In this document: positions 9,399 to 18,166 of the stretch, in pieces
How the letters are laid out: each line of letters begins with the position of its first letter
Numbering within the stretch: position 1 is the first letter of the stretch
NCBI GenBank assembly: GCA_003551125.1
Contig: PULY01000028.1
Location: 1 to 33,925 of the forward strand
Direction: 5' to 3'
DNA: 33,925 bases
Source: Candidatus Iainarchaeum sp.
GTDB taxonomy: Archaea; B1Sed10-29
Made by a program: the position numbers and the translations under genes
Notes under the pieces: model-generated
Databases searched by the model: none
What the model was told of the DNA's origin: nothing
Seen by the model: the letters and a program-made list of their open reading frames with translations, nothing else

Positions 9399-9713
9399 TT
9401 ATTTGATATTTATTTGATCTTCCGTGTAGTTCAGGTCTTTTAATATATCCTTCATTTTTCTTTTGTGATTTCCTTGTAATTCTATTTTTCCTTCTTTTTC
9501 TTTGTATGTTCCTCCACATGCTAATTGTTTTTTTAGCTTGCTTGCGAGGGATTCTAGATCGATTTCAGATCCAAATCCTTTTATTACTGTCATTTCTTTT
9601 CCGTATCTCTTTCTTTCTATTTTTACCGTGATTTCTTGTTCTTCTTTGCTTATTTCTTCACATACACAGATTTCTTTCGGCATCCCACATGTTGAGCATA
9701 TTTCTTGGGCCAT
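9399..9713 (-). CDS. sui1: Translation initiation factor aIF1 / SUI1
   Basis: CSTCGMPKEICVCE, RYGKEMTVI, LKKQLACGGT, IELQGNH. Confidence 0.96.
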   Translation of the reverse strand: MAQEICSTCGMPKEICVCEEISKEEQEITVKIERKRYGKEMTVIKGFGSEIDLESLASKLKKQLACGGTYKEKEGKIELQGNHKRKMKDILKDLNYTEDQINIK

Positions 9714-9716
9714 TTA

Positions 9717-9920
9717 TTAGTTTGCACCTCTTTCTTTTAAGATTGTTTTGATTCTTGCAATTGTTCTTCTCAGTTCTTTGACTCCTCCTGGGTTGTCTGC
9801 TTGTGTTCCTGAAGCTATCGCTGCTTTTTCTTTTGCTAATTCATTTTGTAATTGGGTTAATTGTTCTTTTAGTTCTTCTTTTCCCATTTCTCTTAATTCA
9901 TACATTTTTTTTATTGCCAT
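9717..9920 (-). CDS. rpl29: 50S ribosomal protein uL29
   Basis: ELREM...NPGGVKELRRTIARIKT. Confidence 0.95.
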   Translation of the reverse strand: MAIKKMYELREMGKEELKEQLTQLQNELAKEKAAIASGTQADNPGGVKELRRTIARIKTILKERGAN

Positions 9921-9929
9921 TTTATCATT

Positions 9930-10577
9930 TTATTCTTCTTTTTCTTCTTCAGATTCTTTATTTTCTTCTTTTTTTACTTCTATGTATTCTTCTGGGTTTG
10001 TTTTATCTCTGAATTGTGCTTCTGGTGGGACTATTTTTACTTTGATTCCTACTTTTCCTTGTGGTAGTATTACGCTGTCTTTTTTCTCTCTTACTTTTCT
10101 GGTTTCGTCTCCTGCTTTTTTGATGTATCCTTTTGATGATTTTTCTTGTTTTGAGTATGTGTTTGCTCCCGTTATTACTCCTGTTATTATTATCTCTGCT
10201 CCTATTGCTCCGTCATCCATTATTGAGTTTATAGCTCTTTTTGAAACTCTATTTGCTCTCATGCCTCTTGATAACATTGCTTTTATCCAGTTACATATTA
10301 ATTCTGGATGTAGGTTTCTTCTTTCTACTTCTTCTATGTCTATTTCTACATCTTCGAGTCCTAGGTCTTTTTCTAATTTGTTTTTTAGTCTTTTGACTGT
10401 TTTTCCTTTTTTACCTATTACTAATCCTGGTTTTTCCGCTACTATTCGTATTCTGTGTCCGAGTGTGGTTGGTTCTATGTCTATATTTACTATTCCTGCT
10501 CTGGATAGTTCTTTTTTTAATAGGTTTTTTGCTTTTTGTGTTTTTATGGAGCTTTTTATGAATTCTTTTTCTTTCAT
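9930..10577 (-). CDS. rps3: 30S ribosomal protein uS3
   Basis: ELSRAG, KPGLVIGKKG KH motif, GAIGAEI, GIKVKIVPP. Confidence 0.95.
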   Translation of the reverse strand: MKEKEFIKSSIKTQKAKNLLKKELSRAGIVNIDIEPTTLGHRIRIVAEKPGLVIGKKGKTVKRLKNKLEKDLGLEDVEIDIEEVERRNLHPELICNWIKAMLSRGMRANRVSKRAINSIMDDGAIGAEIIITGVITGANTYSKQEKSSKGYIKKAGDETRKVREKKDSVILPQGKVGIKVKIVPPEAQFRDKTNPEEYIEVKKEENKESEEEKEE

Positions 10578-10593
10578 TTTTATCCTTTTCCTG

Positions 10594-11025
10594 TTAATTG
10601 TTTTGTTTTAATATTATTTCGATATTTGTGAGTTTTGTTGATTTGTTTCTTAGTTTTCCAGGTGGTTTTCTTATTGAAATTGTTTTGTGTGCTGCTGAAT
10701 GAACTATTTTCATGTTTTCTGTATCTAATCCTTGGTTTTCAGCGTTGTTTAATGCACTTTTTATTGTTTCTTTTACTTTTTCAGCTGATTTTTTTGGGTA
10801 GCCTCCTGGGCTTCCTTTTTTTTGATGAGGCATTTTTTTCCTATGTTTTGTGTATGGTACGTGTTTTCCTCCTTCAATCACTTCTTCGAGGTATTTTATT
10901 GCTTTATCAGCTTTCATTCCTCTTATTGCTCGACAAGTTTCCATTGTCTTCTTTGGTGATACTGCTTCTGATGTTTTTTTTGCTTTTGCTATATTTTCTC
11001 TTGTTCCTTGGTAACTATATTTCAT
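10594..11025 (-). CDS. rpl22: 50S ribosomal protein uL22
   Basis: VSPKK...CRAIRGM, VPY, GYPKK, NNAENQGLD, IVHSAAHK. Confidence 0.94.
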   Translation of the reverse strand: MKYSYQGTRENIAKAKKTSEAVSPKKTMETCRAIRGMKADKAIKYLEEVIEGGKHVPYTKHRKKMPHQKKGSPGGYPKKSAEKVKETIKSALNNAENQGLDTENMKIVHSAAHKTISIRKPPGKLRNKSTKLTNIEIILKQNN

Positions 11026-11034
11026 TTTATCACG

Positions 11035-11427
11035 CTATTTTACCGATAGGAATTTTGTTCCTCTTGTTGCTCCGATTCCTGGTCCGGAGTGTTTGACTTT
11101 TTCAGGTCTTGTTAATGCGAATTCTCCTAAGTAATGTCCTATCATTTCTGGTTTTATTTCAATTGTTTTCCATTCGTTTCCATTATGTACCTTTATTTTT
11201 TTTCCAAATATTTCAGGTAGAATTATTAAGTCTCTTTGATGTGTTTTTATCAGGTCTTCTCCATCATTTTCTTTTATTTTCTTCATTAGTTTTTCGTGTT
11301 CTTCTCTTAGTCCTCTCTTTATTGTTCTTCTCTGTCTTGCAGGTAGCAGTTCTGCTACTTTTTCTCTTGACATTTTTTTGAGTTCTTCGGGTGTTTTTCC
11401 TCTGTATTTGAATTTTTCTTTTGGCAT
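11035..11427 (-). CDS. rps19p: 30S ribosomal protein uS19
   Basis: FKYRGK, LPARQRR, KTHQRD, PEMIGHYLGEFALTR, GIGATRGT. Confidence 0.97.
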   Translation of the reverse strand: MPKEKFKYRGKTPEELKKMSREKVAELLPARQRRTIKRGLREEHEKLMKKIKENDGEDLIKTHQRDLIILPEIFGKKIKVHNGNEWKTIEIKPEMIGHYLGEFALTRPEKVKHSGPGIGATRGTKFLSVK

Positions 11428-11439
11428 TTTATCTACCTT

Positions 11440-12165
11440 TTATTTATTTTTCTTTTTTCCTCTTTTTCTTCCGGTTCTACTTGCTCCGAATGATCCGACG
11501 TGTTGTCCTGGTGATCCTGTTTTTCCTTTGTGTGTTTTTGTTCCGTGGTGTTCTTTTCCTCCGAATGGGTGGTCCACTGCGGCCATCTTTACTCCTCTTA
11601 CTGTTGGGAATTTTTGACCTCTTGCTTTCTTTTTATGGTGTTGTTTTCCTGCTTTTAGTAGTGGTTTTTCGGTTCTTCCTCCTCCTGCTGCTTTTCCTAT
11701 TGTTGCTCTGCATTGAGGGTTGAATTTTTTTGTTCTCTTACTTGGAAGTCTTACTTGTACTTTTTCTCCTTCTTTTGCTTTTATCCAGCTTAATGCTCCC
11801 GATGATTTTGCTATTTTTCCTCCATCTCCAGGTGTGTTTTCTATATTATATATTGGGTATCCTTCTGGTATATTTTTGAGCGCGGTTATGTTATGTAATG
11901 ATGGTTCTGCGTTTAAACCTTCTTTTATTCTTTCTCCCACTTGTACACCTTCTGGTGCGGTTAGGTATCCTTTGTCTCCTGTTTCATATTTTATTTCCAT
12001 TATTAGTGCTGTTCTTGATGGGTCATCTATTATATCTGTGACTTCTCCTTCTATTGTTTCTCCGTCGATTTCTTTATATTTCGTAGGTGATTTGAATCTT
12101 TGTTTTTTTGCTCTGTACGTTGGTGTTCCTTTTCCTCTTCTCTGGTGTTTCAGTCTTTTTCCCAT
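11440..12165 (-). CDS. rpl2: 50S ribosomal protein uL2
   Basis: MGKRL..QRRGKG, NIENTPGDGGK, GGGRTEKP, VRGVKMAAVDHPFGG. Confidence 0.98.
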   Translation of the reverse strand: MGKRLKHQRRGKGTPTYRAKKQRFKSPTKYKEIDGETIEGEVTDIIDDPSRTALIMEIKYETGDKGYLTAPEGVQVGERIKEGLNAEPSLHNITALKNIPEGYPIYNIENTPGDGGKIAKSSGALSWIKAKEGEKVQVRLPSKRTKKFNPQCRATIGKAAGGGRTEKPLLKAGKQHHKKKARGQKFPTVRGVKMAAVDHPFGGKEHHGTKTHKGKTGSPGQHVGSFGASRTGRKRGKKKNK

Positions 12166-12179
12166 TTTTTTTCACCTTG

Positions 12180-12458
12180 TTATATCAGTTGTAGGTCCGT
12201 TGCCAGGTCCATTGCATTGTGATCTGGTTTTAATTTTATGAATGCTTTTTTTTCATTTTTCATTGTATTTAATGTCTTTACATCTTCCACTTCTACTTCG
12301 TAGAGTTTTTCAATCGCTTTTTTTATTTGTTTTTTATTTGTATTTTGTTTAACTATGAAGACCAGTTTATTTTCTAGTTCTATTGCGTTCATAGCTTTTT
12401 CTGATAGTAAAGGATATTTTACTATTTCTCTTGCTTTTTCCGTTGTCATTTCCTTCAT
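12180..12458 (-). CDS. rpl23: 50S ribosomal protein uL23
   Basis: YPLLSEKA, ENKLVFIV, IEKLYEVEV, KKAFIKL; start ambiguous among 12467/12458/12449. Confidence 0.95.
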   Translation of the reverse strand: MKEMTTEKAREIVKYPLLSEKAMNAIELENKLVFIVKQNTNKKQIKKAIEKLYEVEVEDVKTLNTMKNEKKAFIKLKPDHNAMDLATDLQLI

Positions 12459-12474
12459 CTTAATCATTTTTTAG

Positions 12475-13281
12475 TTATTTTAATTTATTTTCTAATTTTT
12501 TGATTGCATTTTCAGTGTAAATAGTTAGTCTTCCAGGTTGTCCTCCTGGTGCTAGTTGGTCTATGGATAGTTCTTTTACAGTTGCTGCGTTTGCTCCAGG
12601 TATATTTCTGGTTGCTCTTTTTATTCCTTTATCTTCTCCCACTACTATTAGAGCGGTTTTTCTCTGTCTTTTTCTTCTTCCTCTCATTTTTCCTTTTCCA
12701 GCTCTTGTTTTTTTCGTTTTTGATTTTTCAAGATCTTTTCCTAATCCTATTTCTTCTAATAGTTCTTTAACTTGTCTTGTTTTTTTGAATTTTTCCGCTT
12801 CATTATCTATTATTATAGGTAGTTCTATTTCTTCTGATATTATATGTCCTCTTTTTTTGATCGTTTTTTCATCGGAAGTTGCTTTTAGTGCTTCTTTTAA
12901 TGCTTTCTTTTTCTCTTTTTTGTTTATTTCTTTTTTCAATTTTTTCTCTGGCTTTGGAGGGTGTGATCTCCTTCCTCCTCTTGAGTGTGGTACTTTTCTA
13001 ACTTCTCCCAGTCTTCCACCTGGGTGTAGTATTCTAGGTAATCTTGCTCTTCCTATGTTTATTGTGGCGCCGTAGCTTCCTCTTCTTCCTCTGTAGTCAG
13101 CTGAAGTTTTTAGTCCTGCTCTTGGATCGGTTCCTTTTGGTTGAAATTTACTGCTTCTCTCTGCATGGTGTGCTCTTCGGATTAAGTCTTCTCTTTCTAA
13201 TTTTCCTTCGAATATTTCTGGTATTGTTATTTCTTTTTTCTCTGTGTTCTTTGCGCTATGTATTTTTCCTTTTTTTGCCAT
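12475..13281 (-). CDS. rpl4: 50S ribosomal protein uL4
   Basis: REDLIRRA, DPRAG, GGRRSHPPK, RAGKGKMRGR, LAPGGQPGRLTI. Confidence 0.97.
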   Translation of the reverse strand: MAKKGKIHSAKNTEKKEITIPEIFEGKLEREDLIRRAHHAERSSKFQPKGTDPRAGLKTSADYRGRRGSYGATINIGRARLPRILHPGGRLGEVRKVPHSRGGRRSHPPKPEKKLKKEINKKEKKKALKEALKATSDEKTIKKRGHIISEEIELPIIIDNEAEKFKKTRQVKELLEEIGLGKDLEKSKTKKTRAGKGKMRGRRKRQRKTALIVVGEDKGIKRATRNIPGANAATVKELSIDQLAPGGQPGRLTIYTENAIKKLENKLK

Positions 13282-13300
13282 TTTAATCCTTTTTTATGTT

Positions 13301-14278
13301 TTATTGATGTGATTGTTTTGATATTTCTTTAACTTCGTATTTCTCCTTTTTCTTTGGAGGTCTGTAAGCATGTCTTAATAATATTGGTCTTCTTCTTGGT
13401 CCGGGTACGCTTCCTTTTACCATTATGTAATTGCTGTTTATTTCTCCGTATTTTTTGTATCCTCCTTCAGGTGTTGTTTCTTCTCCGTTTTCTCCTATTT
13501 TTAGAATTTCTTTGTTTATGTCTGTTCTTTTGTGAAATCCTGTTTGTCCGCTCATTGGTACTGTCCATAGTACTCTTGCTGGGTGCCATCCTCCTATTGC
13601 TCCGGGGTTTCTTCTGTGTTTTTTAGCTTTTCTTTCTTGTCTTTTTATTCCAAATCTTTTTATAGGTCCTTGTGTTCCTTTTCCTTTTGTTACTGCTATT
13701 GCATCCACGTATTCTCCTTCTTTGAATATTTCAGATGGTTTTATTTCTTTTCCAAGCATTTTTTCCGCTTCTTCTAATTTTTCTTCTTGGCTTGGTCCTT
13801 GTACTGGTATTTCTAGTACTTCTGGTTTTTTATTTTTGAGTTTGGCTTTTTTAGGTTGTGTGTGTACCATTAATCTTACTTCGTCTATTTTTTCTGCTTC
13901 TTGAGTTTTTTCTTTGTTTCCTTTTCCTTCTTCTATTCTTAGTTTTTCTTTTAGTTTTTTATCTATTTGATCTGCATAGTAATGTGAATGTGTTTTTAAT
14001 CCTTCAGGTGTTTTTTTGTAAGTTCTTATACCGTATACTTTTAAGGGTGGGCATTCTATTGTGGTTACAGGTACTTGTATTCGTTTTCCGTAACTAGGTG
14101 AGTTCTCATCCGTATCTAGAGCGGTTACTTGTGTCATTCCTGCTTTATATCCTAGGAATCCTTCTATTCTTTTTTCATCTGTTTTTTTATACTTCCTTAG
14201 ACTAGGGTATATTCTTTTTGCTCTTTTGAATGGTCTGTGTGCTTTTGAACCGTGTCTTGGTTTATTTGTTTTGACCAT
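13301..14278 (-). CDS. rpl3: 50S ribosomal protein uL3
   Basis: PRHGS, FLGYKAGMT, AVTKGKGTQGPIKRFG, GQTGFHKRT, KGSVPGP. Confidence 0.98.
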   Translation of the reverse strand: MVKTNKPRHGSKAHRPFKRAKRIYPSLRKYKKTDEKRIEGFLGYKAGMTQVTALDTDENSPSYGKRIQVPVTTIECPPLKVYGIRTYKKTPEGLKTHSHYYADQIDKKLKEKLRIEEGKGNKEKTQEAEKIDEVRLMVHTQPKKAKLKNKKPEVLEIPVQGPSQEEKLEEAEKMLGKEIKPSEIFKEGEYVDAIAVTKGKGTQGPIKRFGIKRQERKAKKHRRNPGAIGGWHPARVLWTVPMSGQTGFHKRTDINKEILKIGENGEETTPEGGYKKYGEINSNYIMVKGSVPGPRRRPILLRHAYRPPKKKEKYEVKEISKQSHQ

Positions 14279-14317
14279 TTTTTCACCTTTGTTTTCACTG
14301 TTTTTTTGAATATTATT

Positions 14318-14388
14318 GACTCTTACTTGTGTTGAGTCCTTCTATAAGTAGGTTTTTTCAAACCCACTTTCAACGTTCTTTAACGTTG
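14318..14388 (-). promoter_or_regulatory. Structured 5' leader of the uL3 operon (three tandem hairpins)
   Basis: CAACGTT-AAAG-AACGTTG (14371-14388); AAGTGGGTTT-GAAA-AAACCTACTT (14346-14369, GNRA loop); GACTC-N11-GAGTC (14318-14338). Confidence 0.5.
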
Positions 14389-14540
14389 TAGTTTGGGGGT
14401 ATTAAATAATTTATATTTAATAAGTAGCCCTCTTTGTTTCTGTTTTCTTCTTTTTCATCACTTGTCTTAATGTATATATCTTTTCTTCACGGGTGTTTAA
14501 ATACTTAATGACGAAATACCGTATTTTTAGTTTTATTTTC

Positions 14541-14915
14541 TTAAGCATTCCAGGATATGAAGTATCCCAGTATGAATAGTAATGTGCTTAATATGAATTG
14601 TGTGCTCGTTATAAGGTTTATTGTTAGTCCTTTGGTAAGCATTGTTATTGCTATTGCTGTTAATGTAGGTAAATATAATGATCTTCCGATTGTTAGTTTA
14701 AATTCTGAGTCTGTTCTGCATGTTTTTGTGATTCCACCGAGCCCTATTAGTGTTATCAGTGTTCCTATTAGGAATGTTGATCTTATCCAGGGAACTATTC
14801 CTACTATTCCTTCCAAGTATTTTGTAGTGCCGTAGATAGTTACATCTAGAGTTGAAAGAGTGATTAATAGTCCTATTTGAAATAATTTTCCCCAAATATA
14901 TTTTGTAAAGGCCAT
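14541..14915 (-). CDS. Hypothetical membrane protein (about 4 TM segments)
   Basis: 124-aa ORF with four hydrophobic segments, same strand as neighbours, GTGAAAAAATG start context like flanking genes. Confidence 0.7.
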   Translation of the reverse strand: MAFTKYIWGKLFQIGLLITLSTLDVTIYGTTKYLEGIVGIVPWIRSTFLIGTLITLIGLGGITKTCRTDSEFKLTIGRSLYLPTLTAIAITMLTKGLTINLITSTQFILSTLLFILGYFISWNA

Positions 14916-14929
14916 TTTTTCACTGTTTT

Positions 14930-15574
14930 TTATTCTATTGTTGTTCCTATCTTTTTTCCTTCCATTACTTTTAGAAGATTTTTCGGATTTTTTCCATTTA
15001 CTAAAATCGTTTTTATTCTATTTTCTTTTATTATTTTCATTGCTTTTGGATCCAAAATACCGTAATCCAGTGGTTTTTCTTCTCCTTTTACTTTGTCCAG
15101 CTCTTCGTAGTTTATTTTTCTAAGTAATTTAGCGTTTTTGTTTTTATTTGGATCTTTATTGTATATTCCATCTACATCTGTTAATTTTATGAATAAATCA
15201 GCATTCATTATTTCAGCTAGTTTCGCTGCGTTTGCATCAGTGGATCTACCTGGCTTTATTCCACTTATTACTGCTTCTTCTCCTTCGTAGTCCTCTAATG
15301 AATATATCGGTTTTTTGTTTGTTATTAAGGATAGTAGTTTTACGTTTGCCTTCATTAATTCTATGAAGCATTCTTCTCTTTCTTTGTTTTTTAGTTTAAA
15401 TCTCTCTATGTTTTTGGAGTAGTTTTTTACGAATTTTCCTCCTCCTATACATAATGAGATTTTATGTTTCTTGTTTATTTCTTCTATTACTTTGAGTAAT
15501 TTTAAAAGATATTCGGAGTTGGGTCCTCCTTTTTCCATGGAGATTGATCCGCCTATTTTGATAACTATTTTCAT
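14930..15574 (-). CDS. pyrH: Uridylate kinase, archaeal type
   Basis: True start MKIVIKIGGS at 15574; IGGGK, PGRSTDANAA, TDVDGIYNKDP, DPKA, GTTI motifs. Confidence 0.93.
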   Translation of the reverse strand: MKIVIKIGGSISMEKGGPNSEYLLKLLKVIEEINKKHKISLCIGGGKFVKNYSKNIERFKLKNKEREECFIELMKANVKLLSLITNKKPIYSLEDYEGEEAVISGIKPGRSTDANAAKLAEIMNADLFIKLTDVDGIYNKDPNKNKNAKLLRKINYEELDKVKGEEKPLDYGILDPKAMKIIKENRIKTILVNGKNPKNLLKVMEGKKIGTTIE

Positions 15575-15595
15575 TTCAATCCTTTTTTGATTTAG

Positions 15596-15676
15596 CGCCG
15601 GGAAAGGGATTCGAACCCTTGAGGCCATAGGCCACCGGTCCTCAAAACCGGCGCATTACCGCTCTGCCATCCCGGC
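15596..15676 (-). tRNA. tRNA-Ser(TGA)
   Basis: GCCGGGA/TCCCGGC acceptor stem, anticodon arm CCGGT-TTTGAGG-ACCGG, long variable arm GGCC-TAT-GGCC, AAGGG-TTCGAAT-CCCTT T arm, G discriminator; CCA not encoded. Confidence 0.95.
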
Positions 15677-15784
15677 TTTATCTATATATCTAGTTTTTTA
15701 TTTCTTTGACTAGTTACTGTAGTATTACTTTAAGATGTCTTTGGATAAAAAACTTACTTGGGTTTAATAGAATTATTTATCGGT

Positions 15785-16294
15785 TTATTTGAGTTTTCCT
15801 TCACGTGCTTTCTTCAGTTTCTTTATGTATTCTTCTTTTTCTTCTGCTGCCCATTCTTCTGGACTGTATCGGATTATTTTTCCTTCTTTATTTTTTGTTA
15901 TTACTTCTTTTATCCCTGCATTTACTAGCACTCTTTTACATCTGTCACATGGTCTTGAAACGGTGTATTCTCCTGTTTTCCCGTTTTTTCCAACTATGTA
16001 AAGTGTTCCATCTTTTATTTGTATTCCGTGTCTTGCAGCGTTAACTACTGCATTTTCTTCTGAGTGTACTGCTGGGCATAAATCGTATCTTGCGTATCTA
16101 GGTGCATTTGCTTCATCTTTGAGGCATCCGTCTTCACAGTTTGTGCTTCCTCTGGGTGGGCCGTTGTATCCTGTTGCTACTATTACGTCATTTTTTACAA
16201 TTATTGAACCAAATTTTCTTCTCTTACAAGGGCTTCTTTCACCTATCGATGAAGCTATATTCAAGTAGTAGTTATCTTTCTTAGGTCTATTCAT
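15785..16294 (-). CDS. dCMP deaminase (ComEB-like zinc deaminase)
   Basis: RSPCKRRKFGSII, ATGYNG, HSEENA, PCDRC catalytic motifs. Confidence 0.92.
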   Translation of the reverse strand: MNRPKKDNYYLNIASSIGERSPCKRRKFGSIIVKNDVIVATGYNGPPRGSTNCEDGCLKDEANAPRYARYDLCPAVHSEENAVVNAARHGIQIKDGTLYIVGKNGKTGEYTVSRPCDRCKRVLVNAGIKEVITKNKEGKIIRYSPEEWAAEEKEEYIKKLKKAREGKLK

Positions 16295-16339
16295 TGAATC
16301 CTTCCTTTTTTAAATTCGGGTTTTTAATTCGATATTGGT

Positions 16340-16654
16340 CTATTCTTCTTTTAATTCTATCTCTATTTTTACTTCTGAGGGGATTTCTGTCCTCATTATC
16401 TGTCTTAGTGTTCTTTCATCGGATTCTATCTCTATTAATCTTTTATGTATTCTCATTTTCCAGTTTTCGAATGTTCTTGATCCGTCTCCACATGGGCTTT
16501 TCATTGTACTGACTTTCATTTCTTTGGTTGGCAGAGGGATTGGACCTGACATATTTATTCCTGTTTTCTGCGCTATCCTTTTGATTTCATCGCACAGTTC
16601 TTCTAGTTTTTCGTGGTCTGGGCTTATTGCTTTTATTTTGGCTTTTTGTGGCAT
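16340..16654 (-). CDS. rps10: 30S ribosomal protein uS10
   Basis: SGPIPLPTK, KSPCGDGS, WKMRIHKRLI. Confidence 0.97.
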   Translation of the reverse strand: MPQKAKIKAISPDHEKLEELCDEIKRIAQKTGINMSGPIPLPTKEMKVSTMKSPCGDGSRTFENWKMRIHKRLIEIESDERTLRQIMRTEIPSEVKIEIELKEE

Positions 16655-16697
16655 TATAATCACTCTGTTTTTTACTGCGTTTGCAGTTCTTTATATT

Positions 16698-16720
16698 AAA
16701 GAAAAGGGGGGGGAAGGGGG
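16698..16720 (-). terminator. Putative pyrimidine-tract terminator after tuf
   Basis: Minus strand CCCCCTTCCCCCCCCTTTTCTTT directly after the tuf stop, conspicuous in an otherwise purine-rich coding strand. Confidence 0.45.
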
Positions 16721-16721
16721 T

Positions 16722-17999
16722 TTATTTTTTCTTTGTTACTTCCATTACTTTTCCTGCTGCTATTGTTTTCCCCATGTCTCTCATTGCGAAGCTGGATAGT
16801 TCTGGGAAATCTTTTCCAGATTCAACTATCATTGGTTGTGTTGGTCTCATTGTTACTACTGCTGCGTCTCCTTGTTTTATGTAGTCTGGGTTTTCTTCTT
16901 TTACTTCTCCTGTTTTTGGGTTTAGTTTTTTGTCTATATTTGTTATGCTGCATGCTACTTGAGCTGTGTGGCAGTGTAGTACTGGTTGGTATCCTTTTGT
17001 TATTGCTGATGGGTGGCTTAGCACTATTATTCTTGCTTTGAATTCTTCTGCTACTGTTGGCTTGTTGTCTGGTGTTCCTACTACTGTTCCTCTTTTTAGG
17101 TATCTTTTGTCCACTCCTTTTAGGTTGAATCCTATGTTGTCTCCTGGTTCTGCTTCTTCTATTTCTTTGTGGTGCATTTCTATTTGTTTTACTTCTCCTG
17201 TTTGGTCTCCTGGCATTACTGTTACTTTTTGTCCTTTTTTCAGTACTCCTGTTTCTACTCTTCCTACTGGTACTGTTCCAACTCCTTTTATTGTGTATAC
17301 GTCTTGTATTGGTACTCTTAGGGGTTTGTCTACTGGTTTTTCTGTTTCTTTGAATCCGTCTAATGCGTCTACTAGTGTTTTGCCATCGTACCATGGTGTG
17401 TTGTCTGATTTGTCAACTACATTGTCTCCTTCAAATGCGGAGATTGGTACAAATGGTATTTCATCTGTTTTGTATCCTATTCCTTTCAGTAGTTTTTCTA
17501 CTTCTGCTTTTACTTTTTTGTATTGGTCTTCTTTGTAGTCTGCTGCGTCCATTTTGTTTATTGCTACTGCTATTTGTCCTACTCCAAGTGTTTTTGCTAG
17601 TTGTGCGTGTTCTCTTGTTTGTTCTTGTACTCCGTCACTTGGTTTTCCGGATACTACAAGTACTGCTGCGTCTGCTTGGCTTGTTCCTGTGATCATGTTT
17701 TTTACGAAGTCACTGTGTCCTGGTGCGTCTATTATTGTGAATTTTTTGCTGTCTGTTTCAAATTCTTCGTGCATTACATCGATGGTTACTCCTCTTTCTC
17801 TTTCTTCCTCTAGTCTGTCCATCATGAAAGCGAATGAGAAGCTTGCTCCTGCTTCTGATGCTTTTGCTTCTTCTTCTAGTTTTCTGTATTGTTCTTTTGT
17901 TAGGTTTCCTGAATCGTACATTATTCGTCCTACTGTTGTGGATTTTCCGTGGTCCACGTGTCCTATGAACACTAGGTTCATGTGTGGTTTTTTTGCCAT
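16722..17999 (-). CDS. tuf: Translation elongation factor EF-1 alpha
   Basis: [49 protein letters not shown]. Confidence 0.99.
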   Translation of the reverse strand: MAKKPHMNLVFIGHVDHGKSTTVGRIMYDSGNLTKEQYRKLEEEAKASEAGASFSFAFMMDRLEEERERGVTIDVMHEEFETDSKKFTIIDAPGHSDFVKNMITGTSQADAAVLVVSGKPSDGVQEQTREHAQLAKTLGVGQIAVAINKMDAADYKEDQYKKVKAEVEKLLKGIGYKTDEIPFVPISAFEGDNVVDKSDNTPWYDGKTLVDALDGFKETEKPVDKPLRVPIQDVYTIKGVGTVPVGRVETGVLKKGQKVTVMPGDQTGEVKQIEMHHKEIEEAEPGDNIGFNLKGVDKRYLKRGTVVGTPDNKPTVAEEFKARIIVLSHPSAITKGYQPVLHCHTAQVACSITNIDKKLNPKTGEVKEENPDYIKQGDAAVVTMRPTQPMIVESGKDFPELSSFAMRDMGKTIAAGKVMEVTKKK

Positions 18000-18042
18000 G
18001 TAAGCACCTCCGTTAGCGTCATGGATTTATTAATTTTTATAT

Positions 18043-18079
18043 AATATCAGTATCTGCGTTCTCGCAGTATCTGCATATT
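18043..18079 (-). promoter_or_regulatory. Dyad/hairpin element with a duplicated CAGTATCTGC unit upstream of the tuf promoter
   Basis: Minus strand AATAT-G-CAG-ATA-CTGCG-AGAA-CGCAG-ATA-CTG-ATATT, immediately followed by a TTATATAA TATA-like box about 40 nt before the tuf ATG. Confidence 0.5.
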
Positions 18080-18166
18080 CTTATCTTTATTGTTCTTATT
18101 CTTATTTATATATATTACAGGGGTAGTGTTGTTCTTCTTTTATTTTTTGCTTTTGATGTGTTCTTG

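Noticed and set aside
15575..15628. N-terminal extension of pyrH in the ORF track
   Set aside because: It overlaps tRNA-Ser; family homology begins at MKIVIKIGGS (15574).
16706..16720. G8-AA-G5 run as a possible G-quadruplex
   Set aside because: Only two G tracts; better explained as a pyrimidine terminator tract on the coding strand.
16822..17394. 190-aa same-strand alternative-frame ORF within tuf
   Set aside because: Its Arg/Asn/Ser-rich composition is what biased codon usage gives in a shifted frame; no independent evidence.
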